Shown: in pieces, positions 10,690 to 22,802 of the stretch
How the letters are laid out: the number at the start of each line of letters is the position of its first letter
How positions within the stretch are numbered: position 1 is the first letter of the stretch
Origin: Chiloscyllium plagiosum
Taxonomy: Eukaryota
Length of the DNA stretch: 58,329 bases
Direction of reading: 5' to 3'
Assembly: GCF_004010195.1 (NCBI RefSeq)
Contig: NC_057749.1
Location: 22,329,703 to 22,388,031, forward strand
Notes under the pieces: generated by a model
Seen by the model: only the letters and a program-made list of their open reading frames with translations
Told to the model about the DNA's origin: nothing
Databases searched by the model: none
Made by a program: the position numbers and the translations under genes

Positions 10690-12170
10690 GGTCGAGCTTT
10701 CCGTTTCTGAGAGTCTTTCCAACACCCTTCCAAACAGTCACGCTCCCAGCCCCGCAGGTAATGAGCCAGTACTTTGGATTATCGGACGGATGATGGCTGT
10801 ATCGCGTGGACGGGGCTGAGCCAGTGCTTGTCAATGGGTGCACGCTGATGGAATGAGCACACTCCAGAAGCCCAAGCTGGTGACCCAATACTACCAGGTG
10901 ATGCTGCGGAGGCATCTGAGACAGCAAAAAGGTGAAGACTGTTCAGACTTTTCTCCTGCCTAGATTGTGTGATCCAAGTCTCACCAGGATAAAGGATCAC
11001 ACCAAGGACACAGGCTTGTTTGCCTTGCAGTTAGGTGTTCTTGGACAGCTTAATGTTGGTCCATTCTCTCTTCCTCAACTCGGATGTAAGAGCTGGAAAT
11101 TTTGTAATGCGTAGATACAAGTGACAAGTTCCTGGCGATTGTCAAACCTACAGATGTGAAGCTACCAGAAATATCCAGTGTCATAATATCAACGACAGTG
11201 GCAGCATGGACTAAAGCATTGATCTCGAGATATTAATGGTCAAATCAAACTCCTTACAGTGGTGGAAGAATCTGTCCATTTCCTGCTGCATTCAGCATCG
11301 AGTGCAAGTGCAGTAGCATTAGCAAAGAGGAATTCGGTGTCTTGGATCCTGGAGTTCTGGTTAGTAAGTTCTCTCTTTCTGTTGATGAACTGCAGCACTA
11401 GCAGCAAAGAGACAAATATGCCAAAGTGTGTCAGCACCAGAACACCCAAACCTGCTTGGATCTTAATGTAGATCCCAAAGAGTTCCAAAGTTGGCCCATT
11501 ATTGGATGACCATCACATTATCAGCGAAAGAGAAGATCTCATCATCAGGGAGTCAATGGTTTTCCCACCAGCTTAAATGGACTGAACCTACTCACGTGGT
11601 CAATTGTCTTGGTGAGGTCAATGAAGGCATCATGTAGTGGTCTCTGTTAGTCAGCCCTCTCTCTTGCTGTGAAGGTGACTGTAAAGATGAAATCGGATGA
11701 TCTTCCCGTTCTGAAACCATACTGGGATTTGGGAGAGATGTACTGAGCCTGGATCTGCGGTCCCTGACAAGGGCAAATACTTTTCTAAGGTTTCTTAGCA
11801 GGGAAATAGTTGATAATCATTTTTGCAGTCACTTCTGATAGATTTTCTTCTTGTATAGGGACACAGTTCTTGCATCACACATACCCTGGGGTAGTGCCTC
11901 TTCTCTCCAGCAGAGACAGATGCTGCAGGATTGTCAGTTGTAGGGGGCTGGGGTGTTCAGGTGGTACAGAGTGGCATCCAGTGTTTTGCCCACAATGGGC
12001 AAGTCAGTAGCTTTGCAAAGCACTTCCATAATTGGTTCAACATGCAGTTCTCTCAGGACAGGGAAACTTTGCATGGTGTCCAGAACTTCTTCAAATGACT
12101 CTTCAGGAGTACAATGCATGGCAATGTCCCCACTCATCTCAGCAACTGCATACTGTACTCTGCAATGACA
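10690..12170 (-). mobile_element. Degenerate RTE-clade (BovB/RTE-1-like) LINE RT fragment
   Basis: Minus-strand remnants PKSQYGFRTGRSS, AFIDLTK and FGIFVSLLL...EFLFANATALA resemble the RTE motifs PESQCGFR, FIDLTKAFD, LFGIFFS and LFADDAAL. Confidence 0.72.
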
Positions 12171-12304
12171 TCCCGCTCTGTATTTTCATTGGAGCTGCTT
12201 TGTGTTTTCAAAAATGATACAAGTTGATTGAGCAAAGTGGGAGAAACTGAGTAATAATTTCTACTTATGTCACTTCTGGTGAATTGCGTTAGAAGCTGGG
12301 GGTG

Positions 12305-12655
12305 GGGGGCAACACAGTGGCTCAGTGGTTAGCACTGCTGCCTCACTGTGCCAGGGACCCCAGGTACGATTCCAGCCTCAGGCAACTGTCTGTGTGGAGT
12401 TTGCACATTCTCCCAGTATCTGCATGGATTTCCTCTGGTTTCCTCCCACAGTCCAAAGATGTGCAGGTTAGGTGGGGTGGCCATGGGAAATTGTCCATTA
12501 TGTCCAGGGGTATGCAGGTTAGGTGCATTAGTCAGGGGAAAATATGGGATAATAGGGTAGTGGAATGGGTCTGGGTGGGTTACTCTTCGGAGGGTCAATG
12601 TGGACTTGTTGGGCCGAAGGGCCTGTTTCTACACTATAGGGAATCTATTCTATTC
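12305..12655 (+). mobile_element. HE1-like V-SINE, full length
   Basis: tRNA head, V core and tail ending TCTATTCTATTCT. Confidence 0.9.
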
Positions 12656-13242
12656 TTTAGTAAGTTTTATTTGCTCGAGTATCTTTTGAAAACATTTGAA
12701 ATGTAACACCTTCTATGAACCAGTACGATCAGGCAGAATTTTAAAAATGTAAACTAAAAAACAAATTTGTTCCACGATAAATCTTCTCCAAAGGTGATCA
12801 CTTGGTACAGTTTTATCAATGCAGCCTTAAAGAAAATCCAAGTGTCCTCTGCCTGCTAGTACTAAAATAAACATGCAATGAACCATTTTTGCAGTTATAC
12901 CGGGGCACCCGTAGTCAACTTCTTTGAATGAAACGGAAATAGAAAGCTTTTGAAACGTGTCCTTGTGACAAAAGTCAGCTTCCCGAAAGGCAGACAAAAG
13001 AGCAGCAGTGACTCCCAACAGTGATTAACCCGAGCTGGGACAGCGGCCAGTTTATTCCTCACACTAGCACAAGAAAGTGCAGGATTTTGACTTGCGTTGG
13101 ATGCAAGTTGTGCTTGAAATTCCATTATCCTTTGCACTGGCTTTAGTGATTTTGGGCAAAACTAGCCTGACCCACTGTTCCACTGCCAGCTGGGCTGCCA
13201 ACAGATTTAAGATCACTGGCGAAAAGAAGCCGAGACAGATAA

Positions 13243-13552
13243 AGAGTCATTAGAGTCATACAGCATGGAAACAAACCATTCGGTACAACTCATCCAAGCT
13301 GACCAAGTCCTATTTGCCAGCACTTGGCCCATATACTTTTAAACCCTTCCTATTCATGTACCCATCCAGATGCCTTTTAAATGCTGTAATTGTACCAGCC
13401 TCCACCACTTCCTCTGGCAGCTCATTCCATACACATACCACCCTCTATGAAAAAACCACCCCACGGGTCCCTTTTAAACCTTTCCCCTCTCACCTTAAAC
13501 CTATACCCTGTAGTTTTGGACTCGTCCTCCCCAGGGAAAAAGACCTTGGCAA
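13243..13552 (-). mobile_element. CR1 3' end fragment
   Basis: KTTGYRFKVRGERFKRD plus 3' UTR with GACTCT terminal repeats. Confidence 0.8.
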
Positions 13553-14899
13553 GAGATTCTCTCGTTTCATCCCTCTCACCCTCGGCAAGTTGAGATGCAA
13601 AATGTTCTGCCTGAACAGGCAAGGGAGTCGGATTCAATACTAACTTTCAAAAGGAGCAGCAAACAACAATTATTAAGGAAAGGAAAAATCTACAATGCTG
13701 TGGGGGAATAGTGGAAGGACGTGGAATGAATTGGATACCTCATTCAGAAAGCCAGAATGGCTGAATGACCTCATACTGTGCAGTGTAGCCAACAAGCACT
13801 CCATTGCCCCGTTAGATTTCACTGCTTGCAAATCGACTTTCAAAATTTGTAAAAAAAAAAAAGATTTCTCGTCCTGCCCTTGCTTCAAAGATCTCTGTTT
13901 GCAAAGCCAGAATAAATGCTGTCCTACGCAGTGGAAAGATTCATTAATTCTCTGCAATTTTCACTCTTGGGTAAATTAGAGCAGCGCGTGAAGCTGTGAA
14001 CCTGTTAAAATTATTCCGTGGAACTGATTTATAGCTTCCTCCTTCCCGAATGGAACCCTCTTTCTTTATAAACAGGAAGCAGAAAGCCTGCAGAGACAAT
14101 GCTGCTGGTGGATAAACTACCAGACCACAGACAAAAAAAAAGTGTTAACGGATAGCTGCAATTTATCAGCCGCAATTGCAGCCATTCCTTTAAGCTTTAC
14201 TGAAAAACTAAACGATGCAAATAGCTGTCAGCAGCCCTGGCAGCTCTCTCGGAGTGGTGGTTTAAAAAGAACTGCAAGCAGGCTTGACCCAATTGTGTTT
14301 GCTGAAATCACAAACTGTTCACAGATTGACCGATATGCCAGAGTGGGGAGAATTTCCCCAAACTGTTGCGGGTGGGAGGAACTTGGGCTGCATTAATGGG
14401 ACATTTGATTCCGACCAACACTTAATTATTGCTCCAACATTTTAATTACCACGGAACAGTTAAGCTAATCTGTACGGAATAAAATGAACATACAGTCATC
14501 TCCCTGGTATCTGGCAGGCCTGGGGAACTGTGGGGGACGCATGCCTGTTATATGAATCTGCGGGTTGCATGAGACTTGCAAATGGTGGCTCGGAGAACTC
14601 CATTCGAGAGGAACGCGCATTTTATAAATGAGTGGCCATGGCCGCTACCTGGCCAGGTCTTTCTCTTTTTATCGACAAGCTAAGTTTTAAATTAGCTTTA
14701 AGCAAAGCCTCTGATGCAGCGCATATCAGTAAAGTCCCAGTTACATGGATTCCAAACATCCGGAATTCTCATGCTTGGGATCTGGATAATGGGGACTGGA
14801 TCATACCAGGAGTCAAATATGACTGAATTCACAGAATACTGAAAATGTTTTATCTTCTATCTCAACACACACTCAAATAAAATGTGACAACAATCTGTG

Positions 14900-15847
14900 T
14901 GTGATGATGCTGTGGTTTGAAGGGATTGTTTAGTCCTGTATTTTTTTTAAAAAGAGAGGTTGTAAGGTGGAGATGTTGAGCAGTAACTAGAGTAAACAGC
15001 TTGCGAGGCCTTGGGGTTTTTTAGTTTTGGAACAGGGTGGAACTATCGAAGCAGCCTGGATGGACGTGGCCAGCACTTAGAGACCAGAATTTCTAGGTTT
15101 TTTTTAGAAAGTTTTTAGGTTTAGCTTGAAACATTTGCTGTTGTGGACTTGAAGAAATAGAAGCTATAGTTTCCCCCCTCTCAATTACAGCCAAAAGCTG
15201 GGGGTTCCCTTCCTTGGCTGCAAGGTGGAACGTGAGACAAAATCTGGTCTTCTGAATTTGCCTTTTTTGCCAAAGGGTGTGTTTAAGGGATGGTACTATA
15301 TTGAAACAGGTTAATTAGTGATAGTTACTGTATCTATTATTCTGTTACATTTTCCATTAGAGCTGTTATGCTAAGTTCCTCCTTCTTTTATGAAATTTTA
15401 ACTAGTGTTTAAATAAATTGTGCTTTGCTTAACGTTGAATAGTTTGACCAGTTACGTGGCATTTAGAACACAGTACTTTACAGGGGTGGCACTGCTGCCT
15501 CACAGCGCCAGGGACCCAGGTTCGATTCCTGCCTTGGGCGACTGTGTGGAGTTTGCACATTTTCCCCGTGTCTGTGTGGGTTTGCTCCGGTTTCCTCCCA
15601 TGAGCCAAAGATGTGCAGGCCAGGTGAATTGGTCATGCTAAATTGCCCATAGTCGGGGATGAATATGGGGGTAGTGGGTCTGGGTGGGTTACTCTTCGGA
15701 GGGTTGGTGTGGACTTGTTGGGCCAATGGGCCTGTTTCCATACCTTAGAGAATCTAATCTAATGTAATGATTTGCTTTAAGATATGAACAAGTTAGGGTC
15801 TAGGCTATCCTAAAATATTTTGAAGGGACCTGGTCAGGTCCATAACA
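14900..15847 (+). mobile_element. Solo-LTR-like repeat (copy 1), interrupted by an HE1 SINE at ~15482-15765
   Basis: Begins TGTGATGATGC, has AATAAA at 15412, ends GGTCCATAACA. Collinear with 23652-24260 and 50294-51580. Confidence 0.7.
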
Positions 15848-16665
15848 CAGGTGAGACTGTATTAAAGTAGATGGCCATAAGTTTGGTCAAAGAAGTTGAT
15901 TCTACAAAGCAGCGTAGGGGAGGAGCAAGGAAGAGAAGACAGAGCTTTAGGGAGAGAACATCAGGAGCTCATACCCTAGGCAGCTGAAGATGCAGCTTCT
16001 ATGGTGCAGCAAATAAAACTGAGTAACAGAAATTGAAAAGGCGCAGAAATATCTGTGAAGATTTTGGGGTTGGAGGAGATGACAGATCAGGAGGGGGCGA
16101 GGCCATAAAGGGAATTTGAAAAAGAAGAGTGAGAATTTTAAAAAACGAGGGAGCCAGTGTAGGACAGTGGGACACAAAGTGCAAAGACACATCTTTACAT
16201 TTCCATTCATTTTTGGATTGTGGATAAGTGAGAAAATGGCTCTGCTTTAAACCAAGGAAACCATGGAAGATTTAAAAGAAGTGACTGAACCTCACTGAAA
16301 GTTGTATTTACAGTGTCGAAGCCATAGGGGAGGACTGTTGGACCTTTAAGATGTGAGGTCAGGGCAGCTTTGCCCAGATACAGTCTGTTGACTGAGTCTT
16401 TTCGAATGAGGACCAGTTGTGTGGGTCAGGAGTGGACAGCACTGAGAACAACTCGCCGTTCAGCTCCTGGGCAGTTGGACGTACAGGAGCAGAAAGCCTC
16501 CAGACTCTTAAAAAATTCACTCTCTCTCCCGCCCCTTGTCTAGAAACAGCAGAGAATTGAACGATAAGCTTACTACTCGTGCTCACAATGACCCTATAAG
16601 CAGCTGCCTCTTAACCAGTGACTGAGAGACTGAACCAATTAGTGTGCCAACTGCCCTACTCCTTC

Positions 16666-16846
16666 GGGCGGCACGGTGGCACAGCAAATGTTTCAGTACT
16701 TTGCAGGGGCGGCACAGTGGCTCAGTGGTTAGCACTGTTGCCTCACAGCGCCAGAGACCCGGGTGTTGCGCTTCGGCGGGTCGGTGTGGACTTGATGGGC
16801 CGAAGGGCCTGTTTCCACACTGTAATGTAATGTAATGTAATCTAAT
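16666..16846 (+). mobile_element. Internally deleted HE1-like SINE (head joined to tail) with a duplicated 5' end
   Basis: GGGCGGCAC(G/A)GTGGC occurs twice; the head is joined directly to the tail and to (TGTAA)n. Confidence 0.75.
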
Positions 16847-17496
16847 CCTTCAAGGGAAGAAAGGTAGGGATTTGGGATGAAGTTGACTGGAAGATGGAAA
16901 AGGACACCTCATTGAATCTTGGGGAATGGAACTTTAGAACAGTTCTCTGAGTTGCTTTTGTCCACCATATCAGCTAGGTTTTTTTGGTTTATCTATGTCT
17001 GTGTTTGGGGGTTTAAGAGGATTAGAATTTAAATGAGAGAGATAGAAGTTGATAATTCACATGTTTGCCTGCGATTAGAACAGATTTGAAAAATGTGATG
17101 GTGGAAAAGCGCAGCAGGTCAGGCAGAATCAAAGGAGCAGGAGAATCGACCTTTCGGGCATAAGCCCTTCTTCAGGAACAGATTTATCAGTAATAAACGG
17201 TTTCTTATTTAGTACAGTAACCTGTTCATTGTGTTCTATTAACCAGAGTTCATCAGACAGGCTAGAGTAGTTAGGTTCACTTGTTAACTTTGTGACTGTC
17301 ATAGCAGTGGTGGGGCTCGAGTGTCAGTGCATTTTCACAAGTGGCTTGTGACAATGGTGGATTGGCTGGAGAGCCTTTGGTCCAAGTTAAGACATGGACA
17401 GCAGAGTTTTGAATGAACTCAAGAATGTATACAGGCGGGACACTCCGTTATAAAGTGCATACATAAACCCTGAGAAAGCAACGTTGAAGCATTCAC

Positions 17497-17672
17497 CTTC
17501 TTCACTGCCCCTTTGTTTGAGCGAGGTCTGATCTGCGATTTGTGAACGTGACCACGGACGAGTAACAGGATATCGGACAACCTGAAGAGTTTGTAGGTGA
17601 CGTTCCCAAACGGTGGAGCTGTGTAATCTAACTCATTTTCACTGCAGCTCAGGAGCTCTTCTGAGAGGAGAC
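17497..17672 (-). CDS. ICE2: ICE2 exon, 176 bp, phase 1 to 0 (start of the conserved C-terminal region)
   Basis: cctgttcag|GT ... AAG|gtgaat. Translated by hand: LLSEELLSCSENELDYTAPPFGNVTYKLFRLSDILLLVRGHVHKSQIRPRSNKGAVKK versus recalled human YLAPQEGNFVYKLFSLQDLLLLVR. Absent from the ORF track. Confidence 0.94.
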
Positions 17673-18161
17673 CTGAACAGGGAACAAATCAGAGCAGGTT
17701 TACAAAATGCAATCACTTTTATGCTCTCAGTAATTTTTCTGATATAATTAGGCAATAATCAGACAACCCCAGGTTAGAAGCTCGCACTTAATCTACAGAA
17801 AAGACTTGAGAATAAATCATCATTCATAGCAAATAAATACTGTCTTTACCATTCTGTTCTTCACTCTCTCTGTGAGCGTGTGGAATCACTCAGTTATTTC
17901 CTGGCCCCTGCCAATACTGTGTTTTTTCCTTTCCCTCTTTGACGAGATGTGGATATCAGCAGCAAAGCCAGCGTTATTGCACATCCCTAATTGCCCTTGA
18001 ACAGAACAGCTTGCTTGCTCTTTCTGAGGGGTCAGTTACAAATCAACCGTGCTCCAGTGGGGATGCAGCCCGGTGGGGGTGGGGTAGATGCTCTTTCCTG
18101 ATGCTCACTGCTGAACTTGATGGTACTTTACACCAATGACAGTTCTAAAAATGTATACTTT

Positions 18162-18870
18162 GGATTAGATTCCCTACAGCGTGGAAACAGGCTCTTCGGC
18201 CCAACAAGTCCACACTGACCCTCTAAAGAGCAACCCACCCAGACCCATTCCCCTACACCTAACACAATGGGCTATTTAGCATGGCCAATTTACCTGGCCT
18301 GCACATCTTTGGACTGCGGGAGGAAACCGGAGCACCCGGAGGAAACCCACGCAGACACAGGGAGAATGTGCAAACTCCACACAGACAGTCACCCGAGGCT
18401 GGAATCGAACCTGGGACCCTGGTGCTGTGAGGCAGCAGTGCTAACCACTGAGCCACCATGCCGCCCCGTATCTATCGCTTTATATGCCAGATTTGTTAAG
18501 TAAATTTAAATTCCACCAACTCAGAATCCCTACAGTGCAGTATGAAGCCATTTGGCCCATTGAGTCCACACTAGCCATCCAACCAGCATCCCACCTAGCC
18601 CCTCCCTTATCCCATGTAATCTTGCATTTCCCAAGGCTAACCCACCAACCTTGTACATCCTTGACCACTTTGGGGCACTTTAGCATGGCCAATCCACCTG
18701 ACCTGCACATCTTTGGAATGTGGGAGGAAACCAAAGCACCTAGAGGAAACCCACGCAGACACGGGGAGAATGTGCAAACACTACACAGACAGTCGTCTGA
18801 GGGTGAAATCAAACCTGGATCCCCAGAGCTGTGAGGCAGCAGTGCTCACCACTGAGCCACTATGCCACCC
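18162..18870 (-). mobile_element. Two adjacent HE1-like SINEs (18162-18467 and ~18520-18870)
   Basis: Each has a V core and a tRNA head on the minus strand. Confidence 0.9.
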
Positions 18871-19371
18871 TACTGTGGTAGGATTTGAACTTCATATTAC
18901 TAGTCAATGGACAAAGCCACCTTGACACTCTCTCCCGACCCTCTTGAAGCTGGCCGCCTGAAGGTACAAGAAAGTGCCTCAATCTTTCCTCACCTTGCTT
19001 CTGCTTGGAACCATGACACTTTGCTGGCTTCCACTAGCAACTTAGAGTAGGGTAGTTTGCCGCCCACAACCCCCTTTCCTTGACTAGATCTGAGGGCCTC
19101 CTTGGTCAACAGTGATGGATTAAAACATTTGGCAAGTCTTCATGAGGACAGGCTGGTCTTAAATAGTGTGCAGCTTGTTGCGTGATAACAAAGAACTAAA
19201 GAGAGGTAGAGCACAGGAACAGGCCCTTCGGCCTTCCCCAGCCTGTGCCGATCATCATGCCCTAACTAAACAAAAAACAAACCTTCTGCCCTTATTCGGT
19301 CTGTATCCCTCTACGCCCTGCCTATTCATGTAACCATCCAGATGCCCCTTAAATGTCACCAATGTGCCTGC

Positions 19372-19993
19372 TTAGATTAGATTAGATTAGATTAGATTAC
19401 TTACAGTGTGGAAACAGGCCCTTCGGCCCAACAAGTTCACACCGACCCTCCGAAGTGGTACCTACCCAGACCCATTCCCCTACATTTATCCCTTCACCTA
19501 TCACTATGGGCAATTTAGCATGGCCAATTCACCTGACCTGCACATTATTTTTGGATTTGTGGGAGGAAACCGGAGCACCCGGAGGAAACCCACACAGACA
19601 CGGGGAGAATGTGCAAACTCCACACAGTCAGGAGAAAAGAAGGTTTAGGGGTGACTTGATAGAGGTGTATAAGATGATTAGGGGTTTAGATAGGGTTGAT
19701 CGTGAGAACCTTTTTCCACGTATGGAGTCAGCTATTACGAGGGGGCATAGCTTTAAATTAAGGGGGGGTAGGTATAGGACAGATGTTAGGGGTAGGTTCT
19801 TTACTCAGCGAGTCGTGAGTTCATGGAATGCCCTGCTAGTAGCAGTGGTGGACTCTCCCTCTTTATGGGCATTTAAGCGGGCATTGGATAGGCATATGAA
19901 GGATAGTGGGCTTGTGTAGGTTAGGTGGGCTTGGATCGGCGCAACATCGAGGGCCAAAGGGCCTGTACTGCGCTGTATTCTTCTATGTTCTAT
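19372..19993. mobile_element. Chimera: 5'-truncated HE1 SINE (minus, 19372-19630) fused to a CR1 3' end (plus, 19631-19993)
   Basis: (TTAGA)n SINE tail on the left, junction CCACACAGTCA|GGAGAAAAGAAGG. The CR1 part is nearly identical to 39265-39626. Confidence 0.85.
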
Positions 19994-20447
19994 AACCCTG
20001 GGAAAAAGCCTCCGACTATCAACTGAATCATACGAGTAAGTGTGACATTGTTAATGAGGGCACGTGGAGACACTGGAGATATCGCTCTTCACTCTGCCAG
20101 GCTCCATGTTGTTCTGCCTTTCCCCATCCAAGTTAAAATTTTATTCACAACACGTTGGCACCACTAGCTGGGCCAGGATACATTGCCTATCCTCGATTGC
20201 CCAGAGTAAAAAGAGCCAGCTTTGGGGCTGGAATTAAATGTGGGACAGACCAGGTAAGGACGGCTGGATCAGATACATTTTTATGACAATCAATACCACT
20301 AGACATTCAATTCCAGATTCTTGGTGAGAATGCCATCGTGGTGAGAATTGAACTCCTGTCCCCACGTCTCTGGATGATACCACCATGCCATCAACTCCCC
20401 ATCACCATATAATGTCATCATCTTGGGTAAAAATCATAGAAATCATC

Positions 20448-20740
20448 ATAGAATCCCTACAGTGTGGAAACAGACCCACCGAAGTGCAGCCCACCCTCCT
20501 ACCTTATTACTCTACATTTACTCCTGACTAGTGCACCTAACCTACACATCCCTGAACACTATGGGCAATTTACCATGGCCAATTCACCCTAGTCAGCACA
20601 TCTTTGGACTGTGGAGGGAACCGGAGCACCCGGAGGAAACCCACGCAAACACGGGGAGAATGTGCAAACTCCACACAGACTGTTGCCCGAGGCTGTAATT
20701 GAACCCACTCCCTGGCAGTGAGGCAGCAGTGCTAACCACG
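20448..20740 (-). mobile_element. HE1-like V-SINE
   Basis: V core and tRNA head on the minus strand. Confidence 0.85.
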
Positions 20741-21137
20741 TTAATCCTTTCGGATCCATTATCTTATACAACATTCAATCCTACCCACCCATCATTCCCA
20801 ATCTTCTCCAACAACACTTCAGGCCCCTAAGCAAATCTAAAACAGTACGGCTGGGCTAGAGCTGGATACCACAATGTATCATAGAAACATACAGAGTATT
20901 TCAACATATAAAATTATCCCATGCCCTGTACCCTCACTTCACCACCAATTACTTGACACTGACTGTACATGGTTGCTGCTTTTCCTGTTCTGGGACAGCA
21001 GCATTATTAGCAATATCTGTAAATGGCAGATTAGTATCATTGGGGTGCAATTCTTCCTTCCCAATGTAACATTATCTGTAACACTTTGCGGTAAAGTCCC
21101 AGAAACACATTAACGTGGAGGATACTGCTGTTCTTAC

Positions 21138-22047
21138 TTGGCCTGGTCTTCTGGGCTGCCGCATACCAGGAGCTGGCAACATTCCCGAAGGTTCCGGAAT
21201 TCTTCAAGGCTGTCGGATTCCTGTCAAACGGTATCTGGCGATGAGCTGGGTTTGGTTCTTGGGTTACTTTCGGCTGATCCACCTGACGTTTGGGACTCGG
21301 CTTGAGCAGTTCACATTGCATCTTCATAATCTGCCCAACCGGGTCAAACTCCTTCGAGAGGGGTTTAGACGCCTTCCTTTTCCGCCTGGGGGTGGTGGCT
21401 TTCAGTGTTTGCTTACTGGCTGGCTCGGGGGATGGCGATCGAGGGGTGTCTGGAATGACGTCTTTGGGACTCTGACAGCCGAGCTTCTCTGGGACGGATT
21501 TGGAGGGACTTCGAACAGTCTTCACGTGGCTTTCCGCAAAGCCTGTGTCAATAACCAGTCGCTCACAGTCGGAATCACTGTCAGCAAAGCTTTCTGATGC
21601 CAGTCCCTTAGCCAAGGCCACCTCCTCTGACTCTGTGCCTGGTAACGTGCCTTCTTCACATTCATTCTCATGCTCAGGGTCCGATTTCATTGGGTTCTTC
21701 TGCTGGTCTGATTTGCACCTCTCCTCACAGTCAGTCATCTCATCCGTGGTCGAGTCCCTGTCACAACTGTGTTTGGACACCCTGAAGTCGAGTCGTTTTT
21801 GCTGCATTATCTTTTTGGTGATCTCCAGGGGATCTGAGTTCCCGGTGTTTGCCTCCTTCTTACCGCCCTCAGGAGAATACAGAGGCGTACCGCTCACCGA
21901 GGCACGTTTCGTCGCGTCCGCGCACTTTGTGCTCGCCACATTAGAGACGATCGACGCAAATGTCTCCAGTTCACTGAAGTCAGCAGCAAGATCAAAGTCT
22001 CTGCTTTCACATGTGCTGATATTTCTCTGGTCACAGGAAGGAAGGTC
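21138..22047 (-). CDS. ICE2: ICE2 large exon, 910 bp, phase 0 to 1
   Basis: aaatctag|GAC ... CCAA|gtaaga. Open frame with conserved islands DFSELETF, DSDCERLVIDT and KEFDPVGQIMKMQCELLKP (recalled human DVTELETF, DTDEECLIIDT, KKFDPVGEILKMQDELLKP). Overlaps ORF 21037..21939. Confidence 0.95.
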
Positions 22048-22347
22048 CTAGATTTTAACAGGAGGAAAACAGACACCATTACTGGGAATAATTTATACAG
22101 TCGGAAGAAACACTGGCCTCACAATAAGTGCCTCAGACAATGTTTTTACTTGCAAAGATATCTCTCAGATATTTCAATTCTACTGGTGCACCTCACTGTG
22201 TCACTTGGAGTAGGGGAGCTCCCCCCAGTGTCATGTCCAATACATAATCCTTTAATCAATACCACTGAAGCAGTTTAACTACTTGCTGACCAAACATGCT
22301 GGAGTTCACGAAGTTAAAAGGTTATAGGCCAACAAGTTGAATTGGAA

Positions 22348-22387
22348 GCACACTAGCTTTCGGAGTGTCGCTCCTTCATCAGGTTGC
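22348..22387 (-). ncRNA. Minimal hammerhead ribozyme motif (family B) on the ICE2 sense strand
   Basis: Minus strand reads GCAAC-CTGATGA-A-GGAG-cgaca-CTCC-GAAA-G-CTA-GTGTGC: intact core, palindromic helix III AGCT, CUA triplet, helix I with one bulge. Confidence 0.72.
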
Positions 22388-22499
22388 ATGTGGAGGACAC
22401 ATTTGTAAGACCACATAGAGTTCATGGAGTCAGACAGTGTGGAAACAGACCCTTCTGTCAAACATAAGCCCAAACTAAACTAGCCCCACATCCCTCCAA

Positions 22500-22802
22500 G
22501 ATTAGATTAGATTAGAAATCCTACAGTGTGGAAACAGGCCCTTCGGCCCAACCAGTCCACACCGACCCTCCCAAGAGTAACCCAACCAGACCCATTTCCC
22601 TCTGACTGACGCATCTAACACTATGGGCAATTTAGCATGGCCAATTCACCTGACCGGCACATCTTTGGACTGTGGGAGGAAACCCACGCAGACACGGGGA
22701 GAATGTGCAAACTCCACACAGACAGTTGCCTGAGGCGGGAATTGAACCTGGGACCCTGGTGCTGTGAGGCAGCAGTGCTAACCACTGAGCCACCATGTCA
22801 CC
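22500..22802 (-). mobile_element. HE1-like V-SINE nested in a CR1 3' fragment (~22415-23055)
   Basis: (ATTAG)n tail, V core and head; CR1 UTR sequence continues on both sides. Confidence 0.88.

Noticed and set aside
14491..14800. Additional Tigger-like MITE
   Set aside because: It starts TACAGTC but the putative TIRs match too poorly to call.
21115..22051. Antisense ORFs (160 and 183 aa) over the large exon
   Set aside because: Expected by-products of a GC-richer coding exon; no independent gene signals.
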